A stretch of 64,000 nt of DNA from Actinomycetota bacterium (GTDB lineage Bacteria; Actinomycetota; Acidimicrobiia; Acidimicrobiales; MedAcidi-G1), in contig JACNKQ010000036.1 of assembly GCA_014381945.1 (NCBI GenBank), forward strand, positions 14,739-78,738, read 5' to 3'. A program made the translations under genes and the position numbers. The notes under the pieces are model-generated. The model was not told the DNA's origin, searched no databases, and worked only from the letters and a program-made list of their open reading frames with translations. Shown piece after piece: positions 27,418 to 36,226 of this stretch (the stretch's first letter is position 1; each line of letters opens with the position of its first letter).

Positions 27418-27885
27418 CTAGCTCAGTGCAGCGATGTCGGCCAGCAGGTCGGCGGCGTGCTCGTCGAGGGTCGTCGAGGCGTTGAGGTCGTACGACCTGG
27501 CAATTGTGCCGTCGGGGGCGATCAGGTAGCTGATGCGCAACGGGTAGTCGGCCAGGCCATCGTCGGCCGGCCGGGTCGCCTCGTAGGCGGCCCCCATGGT
27601 GCGTTCGGTGTCGGCCAGCAGGGCATATGGGAAGCCCTCGCTTTCGGCGAACGCCTTCTGCTCCTCGACGGTGTCGAAGCTGGCGCCCACTATCACCGCA
27701 TTGGCGGCGCTGAACTCGGGGGCTCGATCACGGAGCCCCCCTCCCTGGATCGTTCAACCGGGGGTGCTGGCCTTGGGGTACCACCACAGGGCCACCCATT
27801 TGCCGGCCATGTCGTCGAGGGTGACGGTGTTGCCGTCCTGGTCGGGAGCCGAGAACGCCGGCGCCGCTGTTCCTGTTTCGAGCAT
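27418..27885 (-). CDS. bcp: Bcp/PrxQ-type peroxiredoxin with in-frame TGA at the peroxidatic Cys position (candidate selenoprotein; alternatively a pseudogene)
   Basis: ATG 27885 has AGGAGAGG 7 nt upstream. The frame reads MLETGTAAPAFSAPDQDGNTVTLDDMAGKWVALWWYPKASTPG-TGA(27756-27754)-TIQGGGLRDRAPEFSAANAV, then continues in frame into track ORF 27418..27696. Total 155 codons, matching Bcp length and motifs. Confidence 0.65.
27718..27740 (-). promoter_or_regulatory. SECIS-like mRNA hairpin downstream of the in-frame UGA
   Basis: mRNA GGGGGCUC-CGUGAUC-GAGCCCCC forms a perfect 8-bp stem with a 7-nt loop. The stem starts 13 nt after the UGA. Confidence 0.5.
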
Positions 27886-27962
27886 CTTTGGGCCTCTCCT
27901 GATCATCGGCCTCTGGTGGCCGTCGTTGCCGACCCTAGTCCCCGGCCCCGCTGGCGGCAGGT

Positions 27963-30434
27963 TCAGTCGTCTTCTGCAGGAACTGGTGCATCAACCGAGA
28001 CCGAGCCTACAGATACGGCATCGTCGGGCTCCGGCGGAACTTCGAGGATCTCCACCTCGCCGTACTCTGGTTCGAGGTCGGCGCAGGTGACGTAGGCGGC
28101 GTCCATGCGATCCTGGAACTCGTCTGTCCAGTCCGCGTTCCACCAGGCGGCGCCCAACTCCGTTTCCATGCACGCGTCGTGTTCCGCCCAGGACTCCTGG
28201 AGTGCGATCTCCTCGAGCAGGTCCGCCTGCCGGTCGGCCGGCGCAAGCTCGAGGCAGCCCTTCAGGGTTTCGAGGTAGCTGGACGAGGGGTCCTGTTCGG
28301 TGTACCACACGTCCATGCACGCGTTGAACGGCTCCATGGCCTTGGTCTCGTCGAGGGCTGCGAGCATCTCGGCCTGCATCTCCTCGGGGGCGAGCGGTAT
28401 GCAGGAGGCCCAGACCTCGTTGTAATACGCAGAGTCCCACTGTCCGCCTGCGATTCCCACGCCCTCCTCCATGCACGACGTGTAGGGCACCATGGGCTCG
28501 GTGAACTCGAGCTCCGCCAGGATCTCGGACCGCGTCTCCCCGGAGAGCACGTCCAGACAGGCCCTTTGGGCAGCGACGTAGTCTGCGGTTCGCCACACGT
28601 CGTCGGGCATCTCCCCGTCGATGCAGTCGTCCCATGCTCCCCATTCCCCGCTGTCGTCCCAGCCGCTGCCGTCACTGTCGATGGATTTCAGGTCGACGGA
28701 ACGCGAACACGCCCCGTAGGCGAAGCCGCCACCCTCCGATGTGGCGTTGACGGGGTCGCCGCAGCCGGAGGCCAGCTGTTCGTCGGAGGAGCCGGGCTCG
28801 GAGTAGTCCCAGAGAATGTCGCAACTGAACATGTCGCCGTCGCTGCAGTCCTCGGCGAGCATGTCCGAGTCGACCGGCGCCAACGCCGAATCGAAGCCCA
28901 CCGATCCGGCGGTGGCACTCTGCGAATAGCCGTCGTCCATCTCCGCATCGCCGCCCATCATCTCCATGGGAGCCATGATGGCCTCGCTCGCCACCAGGGG
29001 GGCGAACAGCATGTCCTCGAGGTCGAGGCCGTCGAAGGCACCCGAGAGGGCTGCATCTAGCACCACGGCCAGGTACTCGACCACTGTCTCGACCGGGCTG
29101 AGGTACCACGAGCCGTCGATGCGACGGGCCACGACGAACAGGCCGTCGACGCCGAGGCCGGGCACGGCGTCCTCGAGGCAGCCCTCGTGCAGGCCCGTCG
29201 AGCGGTCGGGTCCCTGCTCGCCGGGCAGTTCACCCAGGTAGTCGAACACGGCGCAGGTGCCCCGGATCGTCAGCGTGGCATCGGCGCTCGCCCCGCCCGC
29301 ACCCTCGGGAAGGGTCACGGACCCGACCACGTGCAGCACGGCATCGGTCACCACCACCTTGGTGCGCTCGTCGTCGAGCTTCTCCTCCGTGGTTCCGATC
29401 TCGAGCGTGATGTCGAGTGCCGGCTCCATCTCGGTGGCGAGCCCCTCGATCATCTCGGTCATCTCATCGGCATCCATGCCCTCGGTCATCGACTCGTTGA
29501 CCTGGTCGGTAATGCCCTGGAACATCGGCAGGTGGTCGAGGAACACGGCCATCTCGTCGGGTGCGACCGGCAAGGCACCCTGGAGGGGATCCGACGGGTC
29601 GATCGACGGCACCAGCACACCGGTGCGGATCTGGTCCAGGACGGTCTCAATCTGGGCGTCGAGGTCGAAGCCGTTCACCTGGTCGACGACCTGCTGGAGC
29701 ACACCCGAGGCCGTGTCGGTACCGGGCGGCATGTCGACCGAGGAGCCCTCGTAGTCGACCGGGGGCAGGTCGAAGAGCATCCGGGCGTATTCGAAGGTGG
29801 TGTAGAGCGGGCTCACGAACCAGCGGCCGCGCTCGTGGACGACCATCACGAAAAGCTCGGAGGGCGGCCGGACGTCGAGGATGCCGTCCGGCTCGTATGC
29901 GGCGGCCTCGTCGGCAAGCATCTCGTTGATCTCGGCGAGGGTGATCGACTCGTCGACCGGCTCGGCATCGCCACTCAAATTCGCGTCCATGGACGACGGG
30001 TCGACCGTGACGCCGAGATCGCCGTCGACCAGGTACACCTTGTGGACCCGCTCGTGCAGCGCATCTACCCGGATGTCGAGGTCGGCAACCTGGATGTCGA
30101 TGCCGGCAAGAGGATTGTCGCCGGCCAGCCCGCCCTCTTTTTGTGCCAACTCGATCACGCGCCCGTAGAGGTCGACGGCGTGGCCGATCTCGGAGGGCGG
30201 GAGCATGGCTGCGGCGCCCACGACGTCTTCGGCGGCCAGGGCGACGGCCAGCCCGTTGACGGCCTCGGCGGAAGAAGCAGCACCGACCACCGAGCCCTCG
30301 GATGCAGAACGCAGGCTCAGGACAACGGCGACGATGACCGCTGCTGCGATCAGGGCCCCCAGGAGTGTCCAGCGCTTCGAGCCTGAGGCTCCCGTGGTTG
30401 CCTCTACCGGTGTCGGGACTGTCGTTGTTTCCAT
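27963..30434 (-). CDS. hypothetical, very acidic, N-terminally membrane-anchored protein with C-terminal Cys-x27-Cys repeats
   Basis: 823-aa ORF of coherent composition with one N-terminal TM segment (WTLLGALIAAAVIVAVVLSL). It is D/E-rich and carries three C-x27-C-M-[ED] modules in its last 200 aa. I recognise no family. Confidence 0.75.
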   Translation of the reverse strand: METTTVPTPVEATTGASGSKRWTLLGALIAAAVIVAVVLSLRSASEGSVVGAASSAEAVNGLAVALAAEDVVGAAAMLPPSEIGHAVDLYGRVIELAQKEGGLAGDNPLAGIDIQVADLDIRVDALHERVHKVYLVDGDLGVTVDPSSMDANLSGDAEPVDESITLAEINEMLADEAAAYEPDGILDVRPPSELFVMVVHERGRWFVSPLYTTFEYARMLFDLPPVDYEGSSVDMPPGTDTASGVLQQVVDQVNGFDLDAQIETVLDQIRTGVLVPSIDPSDPLQGALPVAPDEMAVFLDHLPMFQGITDQVNESMTEGMDADEMTEMIEGLATEMEPALDITLEIGTTEEKLDDERTKVVVTDAVLHVVGSVTLPEGAGGASADATLTIRGTCAVFDYLGELPGEQGPDRSTGLHEGCLEDAVPGLGVDGLFVVARRIDGSWYLSPVETVVEYLAVVLDAALSGAFDGLDLEDMLFAPLVASEAIMAPMEMMGGDAEMDDGYSQSATAGSVGFDSALAPVDSDMLAEDCSDGDMFSCDILWDYSEPGSSDEQLASGCGDPVNATSEGGGFAYGACSRSVDLKSIDSDGSGWDDSGEWGAWDDCIDGEMPDDVWRTADYVAAQRACLDVLSGETRSEILAELEFTEPMVPYTSCMEEGVGIAGGQWDSAYYNEVWASCIPLAPEEMQAEMLAALDETKAMEPFNACMDVWYTEQDPSSSYLETLKGCLELAPADRQADLLEEIALQESWAEHDACMETELGAAWWNADWTDEFQDRMDAAYVTCADLEPEYGEVEILEVPPEPDDAVSVGSVSVDAPVPAEDD

Positions 30435-30859
30435 GCCGTCAGGCTACCGCCGACCATCGACAGTGTCCCGGCAACCCCGGTCAGCCAGAACCCCTTGCCG
30501 AGATCCGTGGCATCGGCCGCCGAGGCGGCCACGGCAACCACGGCGACGGCCAGCAGCACGACCCCTCCGAGCAGCGCATGGGCGGGTCGTGCCCGGGGAG
30601 GACCCGGCCATGTCAGGAGCAGAACCGACGCCGCTCCGACCAGCGGTACCAGGTACCAGGCGATCCCCACCCAACCGGGCGGCCCACCACCCAGGTCGTC
30701 ACCCACAGCCACCCAGAGCTCGGCCATCCTGAACCCGGTGACCGGAGAGCCGGCCACCTCGACCCATGTGACCCAGCCGCCCAGGATCGTTCCGACGGCA
30801 CCGAACGCCACCAGCCCGGCATGCAGGCGGTCCGACGCAGGATTCAGGGCCGGGGTCAC
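30404..30859 (-). CDS. hypothetical integral membrane protein (about 4 TM)
   Basis: 151-aa hydrophobic ORF. Its GTG start overlaps the upstream ALDH stop (GTGA). Its 3-prime end overlaps the next gene's start by 31 bp. Confidence 0.6.
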   Translation of the reverse strand: MTPALNPASDRLHAGLVAFGAVGTILGGWVTWVEVAGSPVTGFRMAELWVAVGDDLGGGPPGWVGIAWYLVPLVGAASVLLLTWPGPPRARPAHALLGGVVLLAVAVVAVAASAADATDLGKGFWLTGVAGTLSMVGGSLTAWKQRQSRHR

Positions 30860-32316
30860 GACAGCCAGGAGACCGCCTGGACCTCGCTGTAGGCCTCGAG
30901 CCCCCAGACGCCGCGGTCGCGGCCGATGCCCGACATCTTGAAGCCGCCGAACGGGGCCTCGTTGTGGGGCTGGATGCTGTTGAGCGCCACGTTGCCGGTC
31001 TGCAGGCGCCGGGCTATGCGGTGGGCCCGGGCGGTGTCGCCGGCGTAGACGTAGCTGAACAGGCCGTAGTCGGAGTCGTTGGCGATCGCCACGGCCTCGT
31101 CGTCGCCGTCGTGCGGAAGAACCACGACCACCGGCCCGAACGCCTCCTCGCGGACGCAGTGCATGTCGGGGGTGCAGTCAGCCAGCAGGGTGGGCGCCAC
31201 GAAGTAGCCGGCCATCTCGGGGCGCTCGCCGCCGGCTACGAGCGTGGCCCCGGCATCGACGCCGCTGCGGACGAACGCCTCGACGCTGTCGCGCTGGCGC
31301 TCGCTGATCAGCGGACCGACCAGGGTGTCGTCGTCCAGCGGGTCGCCGACCTTGAGCATCCCGGAGACGGCCTCGAGGGTCGTGACCAGCTGGTCGTAGA
31401 GGCTGCGGTGGCAGATGACCCGGGTGGGTGCCGTGCAGATCTGGCCGCTGTGGAAGCCCCACACGCTGGCGATGGCCTGCACGGCGGCGTTCACGTCGGC
31501 ATCGTCGGTCATGACCAGGGCGCCCTTGCCTCCGAGTTCCATGAGCACACGGGTCATGGTGGCAGCGCCGTTGGCGTAGATGGCCGCACCGACGGGCGAC
31601 GAGCCGGTGAAGCTGACCATGTTGACGTTCGGCGATGCCACCAGCGCAGCGGGCACGTCAGGCCCCGACGAGGTCAGGACGTTGACGACGCCCGGTGGGA
31701 AGCCGGCGTCGGTTACGGCCCGGCCGAGGCGCAGGATGCCGAGCGGGTCCTGGGGGGCGGGCTTGATGATGCAGGTGTTGCCCATCGCCAGCGCCGGTGC
31801 GATCTTGCCGGCCACGTTCACCAGCGGGAAGTTGTAGGGGGTGATGCAGGCGACCACCCCGACCGGCTGGCGATGCACTACGGCCCCGATGAGGCCGGCC
31901 GGGCCGAGTGCGGAGGCCCCGGCGGCCATGGGCTTCTCGGCGACATCGAGGTCGCGGGGCCTTGCGTAGTAGCGGAACCGGTCGACGAAGGTGCCGCCCA
32001 ACTGCAGGGTCTGCGCGATCTTCATGGTGGCGCCGGTCTCCGCCTGCACGAGGGGCGCCCAGTCGGGCGAACGCTCGGCCAGGATGTCGGCCAGGCGGTC
32101 CAGCAGTGCGCACCGGTCCGCCATGGGGGTGTCGCGCCAGCCGGGGAGCGCCCCGTTGGCGGCGGTGATGGCCGCCTCGGCGTCGGCGACGGTGGCCTCG
32201 GGGGCGTGGCCGACCACCTGGGTCGTGGCCGGATCGACGACCTCGTAGCTGGCGGAGGTGGTGACCTCGTCGCCACCGATGACGAGCTTCCACTGCTCCT
32301 GGGGGTCGATCACCAT
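30856..32316 (-). CDS. NAD(P)-dependent aldehyde dehydrogenase
   Basis: ATG 32316 is preceded by AGGAG 5 nt upstream (MVIDPQEQWKLVIGGDEV...). Contains ...FTGSSPVG..., ELGGKGA and ...GQICTAPTR... (catalytic Cys). Confidence 0.9.
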   Translation of the reverse strand: MVIDPQEQWKLVIGGDEVTTSASYEVVDPATTQVVGHAPEATVADAEAAITAANGALPGWRDTPMADRCALLDRLADILAERSPDWAPLVQAETGATMKIAQTLQLGGTFVDRFRYYARPRDLDVAEKPMAAGASALGPAGLIGAVVHRQPVGVVACITPYNFPLVNVAGKIAPALAMGNTCIIKPAPQDPLGILRLGRAVTDAGFPPGVVNVLTSSGPDVPAALVASPNVNMVSFTGSSPVGAAIYANGAATMTRVLMELGGKGALVMTDDADVNAAVQAIASVWGFHSGQICTAPTRVICHRSLYDQLVTTLEAVSGMLKVGDPLDDDTLVGPLISERQRDSVEAFVRSGVDAGATLVAGGERPEMAGYFVAPTLLADCTPDMHCVREEAFGPVVVVLPHDGDDEAVAIANDSDYGLFSYVYAGDTARAHRIARRLQTGNVALNSIQPHNEAPFGGFKMSGIGRDRGVWGLEAYSEVQAVSWLS

Positions 32317-32352
32317 CGTCGCTCCTGGTCGGTGTGCCCCGGCCGGGGGGGC

Positions 32353-32367
32353 CTGACTGTTCGTCAG
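32353..32367. promoter_or_regulatory. candidate operator, palindrome CTGACTGTTCGTCAG (copy 3)
   Basis: Lies in the 162-bp divergent spacer between the ALDH (start 32316) and the amidohydrolase (start 32479). Same CTGAC-N5-GTCAG frame as copies 1 and 2. Confidence 0.45.
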
Positions 32368-32478
32368 ATGGTAGGAGCCAGCCGACCGTCGACCCAACGC
32401 CGCCGCCCCGTGCGGCCCCCACCCCGGTCCCTCGGTACCGTGGTCGTGGTTCAGCCTGGGTCTGATCGGAGGGTCCGA

Positions 32479-34182
32479 ATGCTCGACACGGTGGTTCGCG
32501 GCGGCTGGATCGTCGACGGCACCGGCGGCGATCGGCGGCGTGCCGACCTCGGCATCGCCGACGGAAGGATCGTGGCCATCGGCGACATCGACGACGACGC
32601 CTCCCACACGATCAACGCCGACGACCGGGTGGTGGCCCCGGGGTTCATCGACGTCCACACCCACCTCGACGCCCAGCCCTTCTGGGACGGCACCCTCAGC
32701 CCGTCGCCCCTGCACGGCGTGACCTCCGTGGTCGGAGGCAACTGCGGCTTCTCGATCGCCCCCCTGTCCGACGACCCTGACGACGGTGCGTACCTGATGC
32801 GGATGCTGGCCCGGGTCGAGGGCATGCCACTCGCATCGCTCCAGCAGGGCGTTCCCTGGAACTGGCGTACCACAGCCGAGTACCTCGACGCCATAGAGCC
32901 GCACCTCGCCGTCAACGCCGGATTCAAGGTCGGACACTCGGCCCTGCGCCGGGTGGTGATGCACGAGGAGTGCACCGGGCGCGAGGCCACACCCGACGAG
33001 TTGACCGACATGTGCGGCCTGCTGAGGGACGGGCTGGCGGCGGGGGCGCTCGGGTTCTCGTCATCGTGGTCGCGCACCCACAACGACGCCGACGGCCACA
33101 TGGTCCCGAGCCGCTACGCACACCGCGACGAGCTCATCGACCTCTGCCGGGTGGTCGGCGAGTTCCCCGGCACGGGCATCGAGTTCCTGCCGATGGCCGG
33201 ACAGCACGAGGACTGGGCCGTCGAGCTGATGACCGACATGTCGCTGGCCGCAGGCGGCCGCCAACTCAACTGGAACGTCCTCACCGTCACCGCCGCAAAC
33301 CTCGAAGATGCCCGCACCCGGATGCGGTCCGGCCCCTACGCCGCCGAGCGTGGCGCCAGGGTCGTGGCCCTCACGGTGCCCTTCACCTTCGGGCTGCGCA
33401 TGTCGTTCGCCAGCGGCTTCATCCTCGATGCCCTTCCCGGCTGGGAGGAGGCGATGCTGCTCCCGAAGGAAGCCAAGAAGCGCCTGCTCGCCGACCCCGA
33501 CCAGCGGCGCCGCCTGGAACGCATGGCGCAACAGGACAGTCCCTTCCGGGGGCTCGCCAGGTGGGAGACGCAGGTCATATTCGACACGTTCGCACCGGAA
33601 AACAACGGCTATGCGGGCCGCACGGTCGGCGACGTGGCCGCCGAACTCGGCAGGGAGCCCTTCGACACCCTCATCGACATCGCACTGGCCGACGACCTGC
33701 TGACCTCTTTCGGCCGGGAGGACCCCCTCCAGTCCCGGGAGGACTGGGAGGCCCGGATCGGCATCTGGCGGGACGAGCACGTCGTGGTCGGCGCATCCGA
33801 CGCCGGTGCACACCTCGACATGTTCGGCACGTTCAACTTCACCACCCGCCTCATCGAGGGAGCCGTACGGGAACACGGCCTGATCGACATCGAGGAGGCA
33901 GTGCACCTGCTGACCGCCAGGCAGGCCGACCTCTACGGCCTGGTCGACCGCGGCCGGATCGCCGAGGGGGCCCACGCCGACCTGGTCGTGTTCGACGAAC
34001 ACAGCATCGGATCCGATCCGCTCAGCCTGCGGGCCGACCTTCCCGGCGGCGCCGCCCGCCTTTACGCCGGCTCGTCCGGCATCGACGAGGTGCTGTGCGC
34101 CGGCGTTCCCGTGGTGAGCGGCGGTGACTTCACCGAAGCCCGCCCGGGCCGGGTCCTGCGAAGCGGCACCGACACCCTCTGA
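32479..34182 (+). CDS. N-acyl-D-amino-acid deacylase family amidohydrolase
   Basis: ATG 32479 is preceded by GGAGGG (MLDTVVRGGWIVDGTGGDRRRADLGIADGRIVAIGDI...PGFIDVHTHLD...). About 567 aa, with the D-aminoacylase-type architecture. Confidence 0.85.
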   Translation: MLDTVVRGGWIVDGTGGDRRRADLGIADGRIVAIGDIDDDASHTINADDRVVAPGFIDVHTHLDAQPFWDGTLSPSPLHGVTSVVGGNCGFSIAPLSDDPDDGAYLMRMLARVEGMPLASLQQGVPWNWRTTAEYLDAIEPHLAVNAGFKVGHSALRRVVMHEECTGREATPDELTDMCGLLRDGLAAGALGFSSSWSRTHNDADGHMVPSRYAHRDELIDLCRVVGEFPGTGIEFLPMAGQHEDWAVELMTDMSLAAGGRQLNWNVLTVTAANLEDARTRMRSGPYAAERGARVVALTVPFTFGLRMSFASGFILDALPGWEEAMLLPKEAKKRLLADPDQRRRLERMAQQDSPFRGLARWETQVIFDTFAPENNGYAGRTVGDVAAELGREPFDTLIDIALADDLLTSFGREDPLQSREDWEARIGIWRDEHVVVGASDAGAHLDMFGTFNFTTRLIEGAVREHGLIDIEEAVHLLTARQADLYGLVDRGRIAEGAHADLVVFDEHSIGSDPLSLRADLPGGAARLYAGSSGIDEVLCAGVPVVSGGDFTEARPGRVLRSGTDTL

Positions 34183-34219
34183 ACACCGGGGACCACGGAC
34201 GGGGAACGAGGAACCAACC

Positions 34220-34879
34220 ATGGCCGGACACCGATCCTTCTTCCTCGACGAGGACCTCGACGCATACGTGCAGGCCCACTCACCACCCGTCGACGACGTG
34301 CAGCGGTCGCTGATCGAGGAGACCGACTCGCTCGGACCGGTCGCCCGGATGCAGGTGGCACCCGACCAGGCAGCGTTCCTCGCACTGCTGGTCGCCGCCG
34401 TCCGCCCGAAGTTCGCAGTCGAGGTGGGCACCTTCACCGGCTTTTCCTCGCTCGCAATCGCCCGTGCGCTCCCAGAAGGCGGCCGCCTGCTGTGCTGCGA
34501 CATCTCCACGGAGTGGACCGACATCGCCCGCCGGCACTGGTCCATGGCCGGCGTCGACGACCGCATCGACCTCGTAATCGCCCCCGCCATCGAGACCCTG
34601 CAGGCGCTGCCCGACGCACGGCACGTCGACTTCGCCTTCCTCGACGCCGACAAGGCCGGATACCTCGCCTACTACGAGGAGTTGGTGCCCCGCATGTCGC
34701 CCCACGGCATAATCGCCGTCGACAACGTGCTGTGGTCCGGCAGGGTGCTCGACGCCGGGACCGAAGACACCGACACCGTGGCGTTGCAGGAGTTCAACGA
34801 CCACGTCATGGCCGACGACCGGGTCACCTCGGTGCTGCTCTCCGTGGGCGACGGCGTCAACCTCATCCGCCCCGCCTGA
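34220..34879 (+). CDS. class I SAM-dependent O-methyltransferase (caffeoyl-CoA OMT family)
   Basis: ATG 34220. Contains ...VEVGTFTGFSSLAIARAL...FLDADKAGY...VDNVLWSG... Confidence 0.85.
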   Translation: MAGHRSFFLDEDLDAYVQAHSPPVDDVQRSLIEETDSLGPVARMQVAPDQAAFLALLVAAVRPKFAVEVGTFTGFSSLAIARALPEGGRLLCCDISTEWTDIARRHWSMAGVDDRIDLVIAPAIETLQALPDARHVDFAFLDADKAGYLAYYEELVPRMSPHGIIAVDNVLWSGRVLDAGTEDTDTVALQEFNDHVMADDRVTSVLLSVGDGVNLIRPA

Positions 34880-34988
34880 GGCATGTGGCACACCGGCCCG
34901 GCTCGGCCCCTCCGGTCGGGTGCTGGGTAGGCTCGATCCCTACCGGCCGGTAACCGACCGGATCGCGCAGCAACCAGGAGCCCCCACC

Positions 34989-36191
34989 ATGGCCGAAGCA
35001 GTCATCGTCGCCACCGCCCGCACCCCGATCGGACGGGCCGCCAAGGGCAGCCTCGTCGAGGCCCGCCCCGACGACATGTCCGCCTTCATCATCGACGACA
35101 TCCTGGGCAAGGTCCCGGAACTCCCCCGCGACCAGGTCGAAGACGTCATCTGGGGGACCGGGCAGCCCGGCGGCGAACAGGGCTACAACGTGGCCCGTGT
35201 CGCTGCACTCCTGGCCGGACTCGACGCTCCCGGCGTCACCGTCAACCGCTACTGCTCGTCGTCGCTGCAGACCATCCGCATGGCCGCCCACGCCATCAGG
35301 GCCGGCGAGGGAGATGCCTTCATCGCCGGCGGCGTCGAGTGCGTCAGCCGCTATCAGTTCGGCGCTGCCGACAACGGCCCGCACAACGACCGGTTCGCCG
35401 ACGCCGAAGCCCACACCGCAGGGCGCACCGGTGAGGGCACCGACACATGGAGCCCTCCGGAGGGACTGCCCGACATCTACATCGCCATGGGCCAGACCGC
35501 GGAGAACGTCGCCCAGCACATGGGAGTCTCCCGCCAGGCTCAGGACGAATGGGGCGTGCGCTCCCAGAACCGGGCCGAAGCCGCCCAGAACCGCGGCTTT
35601 TTCGAGCGCGAGATCACCCCCTACACGCTCCCCGACGGCACCGTCGTCAGCCGGGACGACGGCATACGCCCGGGCACCACCTACGAGAAGGTCTCACAGC
35701 TCAACCCGGTGTTCCGGCCCGACGGCACCGTCACCGCCGGCAACGCCTGCCCGCTCAACGACGGCGCCGCCGCCGTGGTCGTCATGAGCGACACCCGGGC
35801 CGCCGAGCTCGGGCTCAACCCCCTGGCCCGCGTCGTCTCTTCCGGCGTCTCGGCCCTCGACCCCGAGATCATGGGACTGGGCCCCATCGGTGCCATCGAA
35901 CAGGCCCTCGGCCGGGCCGGCATGACCGCCGACGACATCGACCTGTTCGAGATCAACGAGGCCTTCGCCGCCCAGGTGCTGCCCTCCGCCGACGCCATCG
36001 GCATCGACCTCGACAAGCTCAACGTCAACGGTGGCGCCATCGCCCTGGGCCACCCGTTCGGCATGACCGGCGCCCGTATCATGACCACGCTGCTCAACGC
36101 ACTCGAGGACTCCGACAAGGAGTTCGGCGTCGAATCCATGTGCGTGGGCGGCGGCCAGGGCATGGCGATGGTCGTCCAACGCCTGAGCTGA
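34989..36191 (+). CDS. acetyl-CoA C-acyltransferase (thiolase)
   Basis: ATG 34989 has AGGAG upstream (MAEAVIVATARTPIGRAAKGSL...). Active-site motifs NRYCSSSLQ, NGGAIALGHPFG and CVGGGQG are present. Confidence 0.9.
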   Translation: MAEAVIVATARTPIGRAAKGSLVEARPDDMSAFIIDDILGKVPELPRDQVEDVIWGTGQPGGEQGYNVARVAALLAGLDAPGVTVNRYCSSSLQTIRMAAHAIRAGEGDAFIAGGVECVSRYQFGAADNGPHNDRFADAEAHTAGRTGEGTDTWSPPEGLPDIYIAMGQTAENVAQHMGVSRQAQDEWGVRSQNRAEAAQNRGFFEREITPYTLPDGTVVSRDDGIRPGTTYEKVSQLNPVFRPDGTVTAGNACPLNDGAAAVVVMSDTRAAELGLNPLARVVSSGVSALDPEIMGLGPIGAIEQALGRAGMTADDIDLFEINEAFAAQVLPSADAIGIDLDKLNVNGGAIALGHPFGMTGARIMTTLLNALEDSDKEFGVESMCVGGGQGMAMVVQRLS

Positions 36192-36226
36192 CTGCAGGCT
36201 TCTCCGGTGCCCTGGCGGGGCGCTTG

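Noticed and set aside
27418-27696. Stand-alone 92-aa ORF as listed in the track
   Set aside because: It corresponds to the C-terminal two-thirds of a Bcp-type peroxiredoxin. It is in frame with an N-terminal segment that ends at a TGA replacing the catalytic Cys. I interpret it as one gene (Sec read-through, or a pseudogene), not an independent small protein.
34880-34988. Two short hairpins (GGTAGG-CTCGATC-CCTACC and CCGGT-AACCG-ACCGG) after the O-methyltransferase gene as a terminator
   Set aside because: Stems are only 5-6 bp and no U-tract follows. The thiolase gene follows on the same strand, so the evidence is insufficient.
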